Positions 26,126 to 36,102 of a stretch of 64,000 nt of DNA are shown in pieces. Source of the DNA: an uncultured Monoglobus sp. (GTDB lineage: Bacteria > Bacillota > Clostridia > Monoglobales > Monoglobaceae). The stretch's first letter is position 1. The number at the start of each line of letters is the position of its first letter. The stretch is from contig CANRGH010000009.1 of NCBI GenBank assembly GCA_947630135.1, forward strand, positions 1,287 to 65,286, given 5' to 3'. Position numbers and translations under genes: made by a program. Under the pieces are notes generated by a model. That model searched no databases, was not told the DNA's origin, and saw only the letters and a program-made list of their open reading frames with translations.

Positions 26126-27120
26126 TACGCCTTTGCCTCCTTTCTCTTCTTAGAGGCGCCATAGCGCTTCGGAGCCGTAACTCTGTCGATAAGCGGAGTT
26201 ACTATGTTCATAAGCAGTATCGAGTACGAGCATCCCTCGGGATAGCCACCCCAAACTCTTATCAGCACCGTGATAACGCCGCAGCCTATGCCGAATATGA
26301 TCTGACCCACGGGGGTGTAGGGCGTCGTGGTGTAGTCCGTCGCCATGAAGAACGCGCCGAGCATAACGCCGCCCGCCAAAATCTGATAGAGCGCGTCGCC
26401 GCTGAACAATCCGTCGTGACCCGCGAACATCCATGTTCCGAGAGCCACCGTCGCCAGATACGCGAGAGGAATTCTCAGTCTTATTACCTTTCTCGCCAGC
26501 AGGTACACGCCGCCGATCAATATAGCAAGCGCCGAGGTCTCGCCAATACATCCGCCTACATTGCCCAGGAACAGATCAAGGTAGGACGGGAGCTGTGTCA
26601 CGGTTCCCTCGGTTCCGGCGTAAGCCGCAAGAGGCGTGGCCGATGTCACAACGTCCGCCGTGTTCCAGAGCGGGACCGCCGTGTGCGGCGCGACCCAAGT
26701 CGTCATCGCCAGCGCCCACGAGGCAAGCAAAAACGCTCTTGCCGCCAGCGCGGGGTTCATGAAGTTGTGGCCGATGCCGCCGAAGAACTGCTTCACGATG
26801 ATGATCGCGAAGAACGCGCCGATAACCACCATCCAGAGCGGCAGAGTCACCGGAACATTAAACGCCAGCAGCATGCCGGTAACGATAGCGCTCAGATCGC
26901 CTACCGAGGTGGGCTTCTTTAAAATCTTATTCCATAACCATTCAAACACGACGCAGCTCACGACACTAATCACCGTGATAACGGCAGCTCTGTAACCGAA
27001 CACCAGAATTCCTGCGACAAACGCGGGAATAAGGGCGATGATCACGTCAAGCATAGTGCGCCTTACCGTGTTTTTCCCCAAAACATGAGGGGAGTGCGAA
27101 ACAACCAGTAAATTATCCAC
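26125..27120 (-). CDS. rnfD: Rnf complex subunit D
   Basis: GTG start at 27120; SPH, NPALAARAFL, TSATPL FMN site, FFMATD. Confidence 0.94.
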   Translation of the reverse strand: MDNLLVVSHSPHVLGKNTVRRTMLDVIIALIPAFVAGILVFGYRAAVITVISVVSCVVFEWLWNKILKKPTSVGDLSAIVTGMLLAFNVPVTLPLWMVVIGAFFAIIIVKQFFGGIGHNFMNPALAARAFLLASWALAMTTWVAPHTAVPLWNTADVVTSATPLAAYAGTEGTVTQLPSYLDLFLGNVGGCIGETSALAILIGGVYLLARKVIRLRIPLAYLATVALGTWMFAGHDGLFSGDALYQILAGGVMLGAFFMATDYTTTPYTPVGQIIFGIGCGVITVLIRVWGGYPEGCSYSILLMNIVTPLIDRVTAPKRYGASKKRKEAKA

Positions 27121-27133
27121 TATTATACCTCCC

Positions 27134-28471
27134 TTAATTATTCTTGCTGCGCTGCTGCGCCGCGCGGAGCTTATCCTTGGCAACCTTTATCTGCTGTACC
27201 TGCCGTCTCTTTGAGGGGCAGCTGAAGGCGCAGCTTCCGCATTCGATGCAGTCAACGATATTAAGCTTCTCAAGCGCCTTGAAATCGTCCGCTCTCGCGG
27301 CCTCATCAAGCTTGTTGGGGAGCAGCCTCATCGGACATGCGAAAACGCACTTGCCGCATCTTAAGCAAGCGTTTTCCTCGTATCCGTAAGCCTCGTCCTC
27401 GCTGAACGCCAGAAGTCCGGACGTGCCCTTTATCGCGGGAACGTCAAGGTTCGGAAGAGCCATGCCCATCATCGGGCCGCCCATGATAACCTTCGCGGGG
27501 TTCTCGGTAAAGCCGCCCGTCTGCTCATAGACCGACTTGAGCGAGGTTCCTATGCGGACTCTGTAATTTCCGGGGTTCTTGGCGCATTTTCCGCCGGTGG
27601 TGACGATCCTTGTCATAACCGGAAGTCCTCGGGTGACCGCCTGATAAATGGCGCGGCAGGTGTCAACATTGCACACGATCGCGCCGACCTGCCACGGAAG
27701 CTGGCCGGGGCCGACCTTGCGGCCGGTTATGGCGTTGATGAGCTGTTTCTCGCCGCCCTGCGGGTATTTTGTCTTAAGGGTATGTACATGAATATTCACG
27801 TCCTTGGCCTTGGCCGCCATAGCCGTCATAGTCTCGATCGCGAGCTCTTTGTTGTTCTCAATTCCGATATGGCCTTCCTTCAAGCCGAAGATGTGCATAA
27901 CTATCTTAAGACCGCCGATTATCTGCTCGGGAATTTCAAGCATTGAGCGATAGTCGGACGTGAGATAGGGCTCACACTCCGCCGCATTTACGATAACATA
28001 ATCGATATTCGCCTCCGGCGGGGGCGAGAGCTTGACATGTGTCGGAAATGTCGCGCCGCCCAAGCCGACAATTCCGGCTTCCTTAATAATTTCGATAATT
28101 TCCTTGGCCGAGAGCTTGGTGTAATCACCGCAGCCCTTAAGGTCGGGGCAAACCTTATCCTGCTCGTCATCCTCGATAACAATGGATTTCACCATAAGAC
28201 CGTTGGGATGCATGCGCTTCTCAATGGCTTTTACGGTTCCCGAAACGGACGAGTGAATATTGGCCGAAACAAATCCGCCCGCCTCAGCAATCTTCTGACC
28301 CGCGTACACATAATCGCCGACGTTGACGATCGGTGAAGCGGGAGCGCCGATATGCTGAGTCATGGGGTAGACCATTTCTTTGGAAGGGTCAAGTTCTTCG
28401 ATCTTTTTCCCTGCCGTAGGCGCCTTCATATCATTCGGATGAACGCCGCCATGAAATGTTTTCAACATCAT
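27134..28471 (-). CDS. rnfC: Rnf complex subunit C
   Basis: FHGGVHP, GIVGLGGATFPTHVK, NAAECEPYLTSD, two 4Fe-4S motifs. Confidence 0.95.
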   Translation of the reverse strand: MMLKTFHGGVHPNDMKAPTAGKKIEELDPSKEMVYPMTQHIGAPASPIVNVGDYVYAGQKIAEAGGFVSANIHSSVSGTVKAIEKRMHPNGLMVKSIVIEDDEQDKVCPDLKGCGDYTKLSAKEIIEIIKEAGIVGLGGATFPTHVKLSPPPEANIDYVIVNAAECEPYLTSDYRSMLEIPEQIIGGLKIVMHIFGLKEGHIGIENNKELAIETMTAMAAKAKDVNIHVHTLKTKYPQGGEKQLINAITGRKVGPGQLPWQVGAIVCNVDTCRAIYQAVTRGLPVMTRIVTTGGKCAKNPGNYRVRIGTSLKSVYEQTGGFTENPAKVIMGGPMMGMALPNLDVPAIKGTSGLLAFSEDEAYGYEENACLRCGKCVFACPMRLLPNKLDEAARADDFKALEKLNIVDCIECGSCAFSCPSKRRQVQQIKVAKDKLRAAQQRSKNN

Positions 28472-28578
28472 AACAACCTCCTGTTTATATATTTAATTAT
28501 TTTACTTGTTTGAATTGCGGACAAATACCCCGCAAGCACAATATATTCCGTTTTTTTGCATAACACTACACAATAACT

Positions 28579-28607
28579 ATTATAACTATATTTAATAATA
28601 ATGTCAA
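28579..28607 (-). promoter_or_regulatory. SigA promoter of the rnf operon
   Basis: Perfect TTGACA-17-TATAAT. Confidence 0.88.
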
Positions 28608-28648
28608 TATAATTAATTGAATTTTTGTCGGATTTTCTGAAAACACCT

Positions 28649-31096
28649 CTACTGCCACTCGCTTCCGTTCATTGTGTTGAATGTGAAAGCCGGAAGGCCG
28701 GTGTCGTCGGTCAGGTTTGGCATCTCGGGATAGGCTCCCCAGGCGTACATGACATTTTTCGGCGCCGCGACCTCGTCGCTGTAGACTACGACCTTGTCAT
28801 TTTCGATCTCGGCCCTTGCCGGGTAAAACCTGCCGTCCTCCCCGGCTATATAAAACTCGTGAAGCTCGTTTGTGTCCGTCATGGAATTTGATATTTTCTC
28901 ATCACACTCGCTGTCGGCGTAGCTCTCCTTGTCCATGACTCTAAGCGAGCCGGTGTGCTCAAACGTGAGCTCAATACAGTCGTCATAAACAGCCATACTT
29001 TTGTATGAAGGGCCGCCCACATAACATTTTTCATCACCGTATATGTCATGGCCCGTTATGTCAAGAAATCTCTCGGCCACAAGCTTTTTCTGCCACGGGT
29101 GTATGTCGGTCCGTGCGCAGCCCGAGCCCTGATCGTATGTTCCGATTATGTCGAGCAGACTGAACATGCCAATGTTCGCGGAGCTATTGACTTTCTGAAG
29201 GGCGATCCTCTGGCCCTCGCGTATCTCGCTCTCGTCCTTCACGCCGTACCGCGCGAGCTGAACATAGTAAAACGGCAGCGTCGGGTCGTTCCACTTTTCT
29301 CTGTATGAGTTGATAAGCCCCGCCATGGCGTCGGCATAATCGCCCGCGCTCATGTTCGTCCTGTATTGATCGGCCTCGCCCTGGTACCAGAGGACGCCTT
29401 TTATTTTCTGTTTCGTGAAAGGATATATCCTGTTATTGTATAGCCGGCCGTCCGTGCCGGTGAACGAGCCGAATTTCTCACCGCGCGGGTACCATTTGTT
29501 GATCTCGGTGTCGCCGACAGCCACGCTGACTATGCCCACGTTCCTGCCGTAGCGCTCATACATTCCCCGGGCAAAGTAATACGCGATCGCCGAAAGATAG
29601 CTCGCTCTGTCGGTCGTGAGCTCCGACCAGTAGCCGTTCCAGTCGTTGAGCGGCACATCGTCGATCTCGCCCGCGGCCCCCATGAGGCCTATGTTGTAGA
29701 GATTGAGCATGCGGATATCGGAGCAGGTCGAGTCGCTCTTTCCCTGTGCGGTTTTGAGGTACTCCTCGCCCTCCTTCTCGCCGCACAGGTAAAACTCCAT
29801 GTTCGACTGACCCGCGAAAACCCAGATATCGCCGAAAGTGATATTTTTATACTCAAGCTCCTCGTCGCCGCAGAAAATTCGCAGATCATAATGTCCGCCG
29901 TTCGGGAACGCGCCGAAATTCGCCTCCCAGTCGGAAACGCCCGAGGCGATACCCGAGGCGGCGTATATCTCGCCGCTGTCAAGGTCCTCGATCTCGGCCT
30001 CGACTACCGAGCCGCAGGGCGCCTTGCCCGATATGATCAGATCGGTGTCCGCCTGGAACATCATGTTATCGCTGTAGATATTCGCCATTTTAAGGTTTGA
30101 CGAAGCCTCGGTGTATCTATATTCAAGAGGCGACGGGAGAACCGAGCGCATGCCGCGCAGATCATACACGTCGACCATAATGTAATCGCCGAGCTCTATA
30201 TCAAGATTATTAAACTTGAGCGCCGCATATTCGCCCGGAACGAAATGAAAATCGCCCACTTCGATCCTGCGCATAACTTTGTCGCGGCTATAAACCGACA
30301 TGGCGACTCTGCCGTCAAATTCCTCAGCCGCGTCAAACGCGGTCAGCTCTATATCGGTATTGTTCAGTTTTTCCTTGCCGTCCTTGTCGGTGTTTATAAT
30401 TCCGTCGTCGCACATCCACTCGACCTCGCCCAATGACGCGTCGGGCGCGAACTCAACTCTGAAATATCTGTACATGCCGTAGCCGCTGAAAAGCACCGTG
30501 TGCCAGTCGGGGGTTATGTCGCCGTTCGCGTCGGGCATGACCTCGCCCAGCTCAACAAAAATATTATTATCCTTGGACGCAAGAAATTTTGTGCCGACGC
30601 AGCTGTCCGCCGCTTCCTGCGACGAGACGTCGGGAATGTATCTTATATATGACAAAGCCTTCAGCTTTCCCGCGTCAAGCGTGACGCTGCCGCTCGCCGA
30701 GACCGCGCAGCTTGACGGATCGCCGTCGTAAATTTTGCCGGGGCCTCCCTCGGTGTTGTAGGTGCCGCCCGAATTTTTAAGGTTCGCGGGCGTCACCGCG
30801 TCGGGCGCGACGGCCGGAGACTGCGGCGAGTAGAGCTTAAGCAGCGGAACGTCGGTCACGGCTGCCGTTTCGGGCACAGGCTCGCCGTCATTGCGTAACA
30901 AAACGCCGGAAACCACGTCTTTTACACGCGTGGGCGCACCGGGATAAAAGTAAAAAACAGCGCAGACCGACGCGGCGATCAGCAGCAGGACAACCGCCGC
31001 AACCGCTATCGGGAGCCGTTTCTTTTTCTTTTTTATTTTAACGGGCAAATCCTTATTTTTCATACCTGAAACCCCAAATCTTTCATATAAATCCAA
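28649..31096 (-). CDS. Membrane-anchored sialate O-acetylesterase-like (SASA/SGNH) protein with an F5/8-type (CBM32-like) domain
   Basis: KKKKKR plus TM anchor; discoidin-like YRYFRV; WVFAGQSNM, KGVLWYQGE, DIHP; start codon uncertain. Confidence 0.8.
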   Translation of the reverse strand: MDLYERFGVSGMKNKDLPVKIKKKKKRLPIAVAAVVLLLIAASVCAVFYFYPGAPTRVKDVVSGVLLRNDGEPVPETAAVTDVPLLKLYSPQSPAVAPDAVTPANLKNSGGTYNTEGGPGKIYDGDPSSCAVSASGSVTLDAGKLKALSYIRYIPDVSSQEAADSCVGTKFLASKDNNIFVELGEVMPDANGDITPDWHTVLFSGYGMYRYFRVEFAPDASLGEVEWMCDDGIINTDKDGKEKLNNTDIELTAFDAAEEFDGRVAMSVYSRDKVMRRIEVGDFHFVPGEYAALKFNNLDIELGDYIMVDVYDLRGMRSVLPSPLEYRYTEASSNLKMANIYSDNMMFQADTDLIISGKAPCGSVVEAEIEDLDSGEIYAASGIASGVSDWEANFGAFPNGGHYDLRIFCGDEELEYKNITFGDIWVFAGQSNMEFYLCGEKEGEEYLKTAQGKSDSTCSDIRMLNLYNIGLMGAAGEIDDVPLNDWNGYWSELTTDRASYLSAIAYYFARGMYERYGRNVGIVSVAVGDTEINKWYPRGEKFGSFTGTDGRLYNNRIYPFTKQKIKGVLWYQGEADQYRTNMSAGDYADAMAGLINSYREKWNDPTLPFYYVQLARYGVKDESEIREGQRIALQKVNSSANIGMFSLLDIIGTYDQGSGCARTDIHPWQKKLVAERFLDITGHDIYGDEKCYVGGPSYKSMAVYDDCIELTFEHTGSLRVMDKESYADSECDEKISNSMTDTNELHEFYIAGEDGRFYPARAEIENDKVVVYSDEVAAPKNVMYAWGAYPEMPNLTDDTGLPAFTFNTMNGSEWQ

Positions 31097-31155
31097 TCTT
31101 ATTTAATTATAACAGATTTAACCGCCGACTTCAAGCGTGTTACAATATTTTAATA

Positions 31156-31965
31156 TTACAAATCCAAAATTCTCACTGCGTTTTTGAAATAAATGTTTTG
31201 AAGCTCTTCATCCGTCAGTCCGACGCTCTCGATAAATTCGACAGCCTCGCGCGGAGCCTGCCACGGCATATCGGTGCCGAAAACTATTTTCTCGCTGCCG
31301 TGGTCTCTGACTATCCTCTTAAACTGCTCGGGGCTTATAAAGCCCTTGACATATGACGTGTCAAACATGATCGGGGTGCCGACAAGGTATTTTTCGACCT
31401 CATCCCACGACTGCCAGCCGCCCATATGCGCGGCAATGATCTTGTCGCCCTTGACGTGATCGAGAATTTGACGCAGACACTCGGGCTTGCAGTGGACGGG
31501 CTCGGGCATTCCTATGTCGCGCCCCGCATGGAAAACGGTGTAAAGCCCGAGCTCCTCGGCCTTTTTGAGTATTCTGACGACTTCGGGAGAGGTCAGATAG
31601 ACCTGCTGGTACTCAAGGTGAAGCTTTATCCCTTTAAGCCCCGACTCCTTGATCTCCTCAAGGGTTTTCTCCCAGTCGGGCTGCATCGGGTGCAGGCTGC
31701 CGAAGGAGATGATCCCGTTTTTGCCGTTTATTTCCCGGGCAAAACGATTGATTGACGCCGACTGCTTAACGGTCGTCGCTATCGGAAGGACGACCGAGAT
31801 GTCGACACCGTCGCCGCGCATGTGCTCTATCAGGCTGTCAACCGTTCCCTTGCCCCTCGCGGGGTAGCTTTTGCCCTGTATGTCAACTATGTTCTGTTCA
31901 AGATTGATCATGGCCCTTTCCGCTATTTTGTCGGGAAAGGCATGGGTGTGAAAATCAATAATCAT
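31156..31965 (-). CDS. Amidohydrolase_2-family metal-dependent hydrolase
   Basis: IIDFHTH, GIKLH, FHAG, AAHMGG, FGTDMPW. Confidence 0.87.
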   Translation of the reverse strand: MIIDFHTHAFPDKIAERAMINLEQNIVDIQGKSYPARGKGTVDSLIEHMRGDGVDISVVLPIATTVKQSASINRFAREINGKNGIISFGSLHPMQPDWEKTLEEIKESGLKGIKLHLEYQQVYLTSPEVVRILKKAEELGLYTVFHAGRDIGMPEPVHCKPECLRQILDHVKGDKIIAAHMGGWQSWDEVEKYLVGTPIMFDTSYVKGFISPEQFKRIVRDHGSEKIVFGTDMPWQAPREAVEFIESVGLTDEELQNIYFKNAVRILDL

Positions 31966-31994
31966 TATATTTCTCCTCTGTTTTTTCTATATTC

Positions 31995-34376
31995 TCAATT
32001 TAAGTGACCGAATACCTCATTGGCTATTTTCACCGTCATTCCGGCGTCTTTGCCGTAATAATCCGCGCCGACGAAATCCGCGTATTCCTCATTGAGCACC
32101 GCGCCGCCGACCACGACCTTCGCTCGGCAGCCCGCGGCTTTCAAAGCAGTTATCGTGTCCTTCATGCTCTTGACCGTGGTCGTCATAAGCGCGCTGAGAC
32201 CGACGAGCTTTATGTCATTCTCAAGCGCCGCGCCGACAATTTCCTCGGCGGGCACGTCCTTGCCGAGATCAAGCACCTCATAGCCGTAGTTTTCAAGCAG
32301 CATCTTAACAATGTTTTTGCCTATATCGTGAATGTCGCCGCGAACCGTGGCGAGAATAATCTTTCCCTTGCCCGCGCCCTCGGATGACGAGTTCTCCTTA
32401 AGCACGTTAAACCCGCTTTTAACCGCCTCGGCGGACTGAATGAGCTGGGGCAGGAAAACCTCGCCTTTTTCGTATCTGTCGCCCACAACGTCGAGAGCGG
32501 GAATAAAATACTCGTTTATTATCGTTATCGGATCATTTTCCTTTAAAAGACCGATCGTCAGCTCCCGCGCGAGCTCGCGCCTGCCGTCGATTATGACCGA
32601 TTTCAGATCTCCGCTTCCGCTTCCGCCATGCGGCGCCGCGGCCGCGGCCGCCGCGGGATTTTCGGAGGTGTAGCCCGCGTAATTGGCGATATAATCCGCC
32701 GCGTCCCTGTCCTGATTGTTAAGCACCTTAAAGGCGCGGAAGGTGCGCATTATCTCGGGGCTCATCGGGTTGACTATCGCCGAGTCAAGCCCCGCGCCGA
32801 AGCCCGCGGCCAGAAATACACTGTTCAGCACCGGCCTCGCGGGCAGGCCGAACGAAACGTTGCTGACGCCCAGCACCGTCTTAACGCCGAGCTCCTTCAC
32901 CATTCGTATAGCCTTTATCGTCTCTATTACAAGCTCCTGCTGCGCCGACGCGGTCAGCACAAGACAGTCGATAATTATATCCTCCTTCGGGATGCCGAAC
33001 TCCGCCGCGCGGCTGATTATGCGCTTGGCGATCTTAAGCCTGCCCTCCGCTGTTTCGGGTATTCCGTTCTCGTCAAGACACAGGCCGACGACCACGGCTC
33101 CGTACTTGGCCGCTATCGGAAATATCGCGTCCATGCTCTCCGCCTTGCCGTTTACCGAATTGATTATCGGCTTGCCGTTATACGCTCTCACGGCGGACTC
33201 TATCGCGGCGCTGTCGCTGCTGTCGAGCTGCAGCGGCAGATTGACCGCCGCCTGTATCTCGCGCGCGGCGCGGGTGAGCGCCGCCGCCTCGTCTATCTCG
33301 GGCAGGCCGCAGTTAACGTCAAGCACGTCCGCGCCCGCCTCTTTTTGGCTCAGCGCCTCGCCCACAAGATAACCGAAATCTTTGGCGCGCAGCCGCTCCT
33401 TGAGCTTCTTTTTGCCGGTGGGATTGATCCTCTCACCGATTATCGTCACTCCGCAGTCGAATATCACAGTCTCGGTTCCCGAGCACACCGCCGTCACGGG
33501 TTCGCGCTTCGGCTTGATAAACGGAATATTCCTGGCCGCGGCCTTGGTTTTTTTGATAAACTCGGGCGTGGTTCCGCAGCATCCGCCGAGAACGGCCGCG
33601 CCCTTTTCCGCGATTTCAGTCATAAATCCCGCGAACTCGTCGGGGGTTATGTCATAAGTCGTCTCGCCGTTTCTGATTGACGGAAGGCCCGCGTTGGGCT
33701 GGACCATCACCGGAACGCGCGAATATTTTATAAGCTTGTCGATCACCGGCATGAGCTGCTTTGGGCCCAGCGAGCAGTTAACGCCGAGCGCGTCAACGCG
33801 CAAGCCTGACAGCGTGACCGCCGCCGAGACCGGGTCGCAGCCGACAAACGTTCTGCCGTCCTCCTGAAAAGTCATGGTGACAAATACGGGAAGCTTTGTG
33901 TTCTCCCTTGCGGCGAGCACCGCCGCCTTTACCTCGAGCAAGTCCGACATTGTCTCAAACAGCACAAGGTCGGCCCCCGCCTTCTCTCCGGCGATAAGCT
34001 GCTCTTTAAAAAGCTCATATGCCTCGTCAAAGCTCAAAGTGCCCATCGGCGCCATAAGCTGACCCAGCGGGCCTATGTCGAGCGCGGTATATTCCGCGCC
34101 GCTTTCCTTGGCCAGTCTGACGCCCGCGGAGATAAGCTCCCCGGGCGAATAGCCGCAGCCCTTGAGCTTCAGGGCGTTCGCCTGAAAGGTGTTGGTCGTG
34201 ATAACGTCCGCTCCGGCTTCAACATATTTCTTATGTATATCCAAAACTATGTCGGGGTGCTCTATGTTATACACCTCGGGCAGACCGCCCGCCTCAAGGC
34301 CCGCGCTTTGCAGCATGGTGCCCATTGCGCCGTCAAAAAAAAGTCTGCCGCGTTTTATTCTATCAATTACGTCCAC
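31995..34376 (-). CDS. metH: Cobalamin-dependent methionine synthase (Hcy-, pterin- and B12-binding domains; no reactivation domain)
   Basis: DGAMGTML, NCSLGP, GGCCGTTP, IGERINPTG, DIHDIGKN. Confidence 0.92.
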   Translation of the reverse strand: MDVIDRIKRGRLFFDGAMGTMLQSAGLEAGGLPEVYNIEHPDIVLDIHKKYVEAGADVITTNTFQANALKLKGCGYSPGELISAGVRLAKESGAEYTALDIGPLGQLMAPMGTLSFDEAYELFKEQLIAGEKAGADLVLFETMSDLLEVKAAVLAARENTKLPVFVTMTFQEDGRTFVGCDPVSAAVTLSGLRVDALGVNCSLGPKQLMPVIDKLIKYSRVPVMVQPNAGLPSIRNGETTYDITPDEFAGFMTEIAEKGAAVLGGCCGTTPEFIKKTKAAARNIPFIKPKREPVTAVCSGTETVIFDCGVTIIGERINPTGKKKLKERLRAKDFGYLVGEALSQKEAGADVLDVNCGLPEIDEAAALTRAAREIQAAVNLPLQLDSSDSAAIESAVRAYNGKPIINSVNGKAESMDAIFPIAAKYGAVVVGLCLDENGIPETAEGRLKIAKRIISRAAEFGIPKEDIIIDCLVLTASAQQELVIETIKAIRMVKELGVKTVLGVSNVSFGLPARPVLNSVFLAAGFGAGLDSAIVNPMSPEIMRTFRAFKVLNNQDRDAADYIANYAGYTSENPAAAAAAAPHGGSGSGDLKSVIIDGRRELARELTIGLLKENDPITIINEYFIPALDVVGDRYEKGEVFLPQLIQSAEAVKSGFNVLKENSSSEGAGKGKIILATVRGDIHDIGKNIVKMLLENYGYEVLDLGKDVPAEEIVGAALENDIKLVGLSALMTTTVKSMKDTITALKAAGCRAKVVVGGAVLNEEYADFVGADYYGKDAGMTVKIANEVFGHLN

Positions 34377-35067
34377 AGGTCGTCCCCGCCTTTCTTAACT
34401 TGCATCTGTCCCGCATTGAGCATATCTCGCAGCCCGATTTCGGCTTGGGCCTTTTATACTCGCGGGTGAAGCCGACAATCGCCGTGACCGATTTTCCCGG
34501 TATCATCAGCGAGGTGTCGGTTAAAGTCAAACCGATCTTTCTACCCGCGTCAAGCGCGCCGAGAACGCTTTTCTGGGCGCTCATCGGCAGATCGCCGTAG
34601 CCGGGCGAAAATCGGAAATTGATCCCGCAGTTCTCGGCCTCGGCCTTAAGTCTGATCTCGCTCTCGGCAATATCGCAGACCTTCTCGATCATATCCGCAG
34701 CGCAGGCGTCAAGAGCCAGCGCTTTCAGCATATCGGAGCTCTGGGCGACTCTTATCGCGCTGTCGACCTCAATTCCGAGAGTTGCCGCCATTAGCGCGCA
34801 CTTTTTGCAGCCGCGCAGATGCTCGTATATGTCGTTCCCGGTGAGCCTCACATTGGCTCCCTCGAGCTCGATGCAGGACTCGCCTTTATAAAAGCCGATC
34901 TTAACGTCGAATATCTTATAGACATATCGGTATCGGGAGATCTTCACGATCTCCTCCATACATTCCTCAACGACGCTCTCTATCGAGGGGCTCGCGTTTC
35001 GGCCCTTGTGGCCCATGTAGCGCAGCACCTCGCTTTTGTCAAGCTTTATCTCCGTGTTTCCGTTCAT
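34363..35067 (-). CDS. Stand-alone methionine synthase B12 activation (reactivation) domain protein
   Basis: ALMAATLG, RFSPGYGDLP, LMIPGKSVTAIVG. Confidence 0.88.
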   Translation of the reverse strand: MNGNTEIKLDKSEVLRYMGHKGRNASPSIESVVEECMEEIVKISRYRYVYKIFDVKIGFYKGESCIELEGANVRLTGNDIYEHLRGCKKCALMAATLGIEVDSAIRVAQSSDMLKALALDACAADMIEKVCDIAESEIRLKAEAENCGINFRFSPGYGDLPMSAQKSVLGALDAGRKIGLTLTDTSLMIPGKSVTAIVGFTREYKRPKPKSGCEICSMRDRCKLRKAGTTCGRN

Positions 35068-35080
35068 TTACAATTCCACC

Positions 35081-35944
35081 TTAAACATATTCCATGAGCC
35101 GCGCCGCGACTTCGGGTTTGTTCATCGAATAAATATGTATTCCCGCCGCTCCGTTTTTCGTGAGATCGCTTATCTGCGCTCCGGCGTATTCAATTCCCGC
35201 CTTGAGCAGATCGTCATGGCTGTTTTCGTATTTGTTAAGCAGTCTTATCATCGCCGCGGGCAATGACGCGCCGCAGGTGAATATCATGTTTGAGATCTGG
35301 CTCTTTGTCATCATCGGCATAATTCCCGGAGTTATCGGGACCGTTATGCCCGCCTTGACGGCCTTATCGAGGAATTTATAAAAATACTCGTTGCTGAAAA
35401 ACAACTGACTGACAAAAACCTCGGCTCCCGCGTCCTGCTTTATTTTAAGCACCTCTATGCTCTCATCAAGATCGTCGCACTCTATATGCCCCTCGGGATA
35501 TGCAGCGGCGGCCACGCACAGCCCGCTTTCGGCCTTTATTTTCTCTATAAGCTCCGAGGCGTAGCTGTACTCCGACTTTGACGGATCAAAGCCCTCCTTT
35601 GGAATGTCACCGCGGAGCGCGAGCACATTCTCTATTCCGGATTTTTCTATTTCCTTGAGCTCGCTCTCGATCGAGGCGGCCGTCGAGGCGATGCAGGTCA
35701 GGTGCGCCATAGAGTCAATGCTGAACTTATTCTTTATCATTGACGCAAGCTCGATCGTCTTGTTCCGCCTGTTGGCGCTGCCGCCCGCGCCGCAGGTCAC
35801 GCTGATATACGCGGGGCCGAGCGTCTTGAATTTTTCGAGCATGAGCCCGACGTTTTGGAAGGCTTCCTCCTTTTTTGGGGGGAATATCTCGACCGACACG
35901 ATCGGCGCGCCGCCTCTGTTTTTGAATTTATCCGATATTTTCAT
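35081..35944 (-). CDS. metF: 5,10-methylenetetrahydrofolate reductase
   Basis: VSVEIFPPK, ISVTCGAGGS, AHLTC, LALRGD, YPEGH, SQLFF; start at 35944 after GGAGG. Confidence 0.93.
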   Translation of the reverse strand: MKISDKFKNRGGAPIVSVEIFPPKKEEAFQNVGLMLEKFKTLGPAYISVTCGAGGSANRRNKTIELASMIKNKFSIDSMAHLTCIASTAASIESELKEIEKSGIENVLALRGDIPKEGFDPSKSEYSYASELIEKIKAESGLCVAAAAYPEGHIECDDLDESIEVLKIKQDAGAEVFVSQLFFSNEYFYKFLDKAVKAGITVPITPGIMPMMTKSQISNMIFTCGASLPAAMIRLLNKYENSHDDLLKAGIEYAGAQISDLTKNGAAGIHIYSMNKPEVAARLMEYV

Positions 35945-35970
35945 ATTAAATCCTCCGTAACAATAAATGC

Positions 35971-36009
35971 CTGTTTGTTGATTATACCACAAACAGCCTG
36001 TTAATGCAA
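35971..36009 (-). promoter_or_regulatory. met operon promoter with an 8-bp inverted repeat around the -10
   Basis: TTGCAT-17-TATAAT; CTGTTTGT (35971-35978) and ACAAACAG (35989-35996). Confidence 0.7.
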
Positions 36010-36102
36010 ACCAAAATATAAAGATTTTTAAATAATTTCTTGACATTGACAGAGATTAAATATATATTATTATGAGAATAAACAAAGATTGGAGATAATA
36101 TT

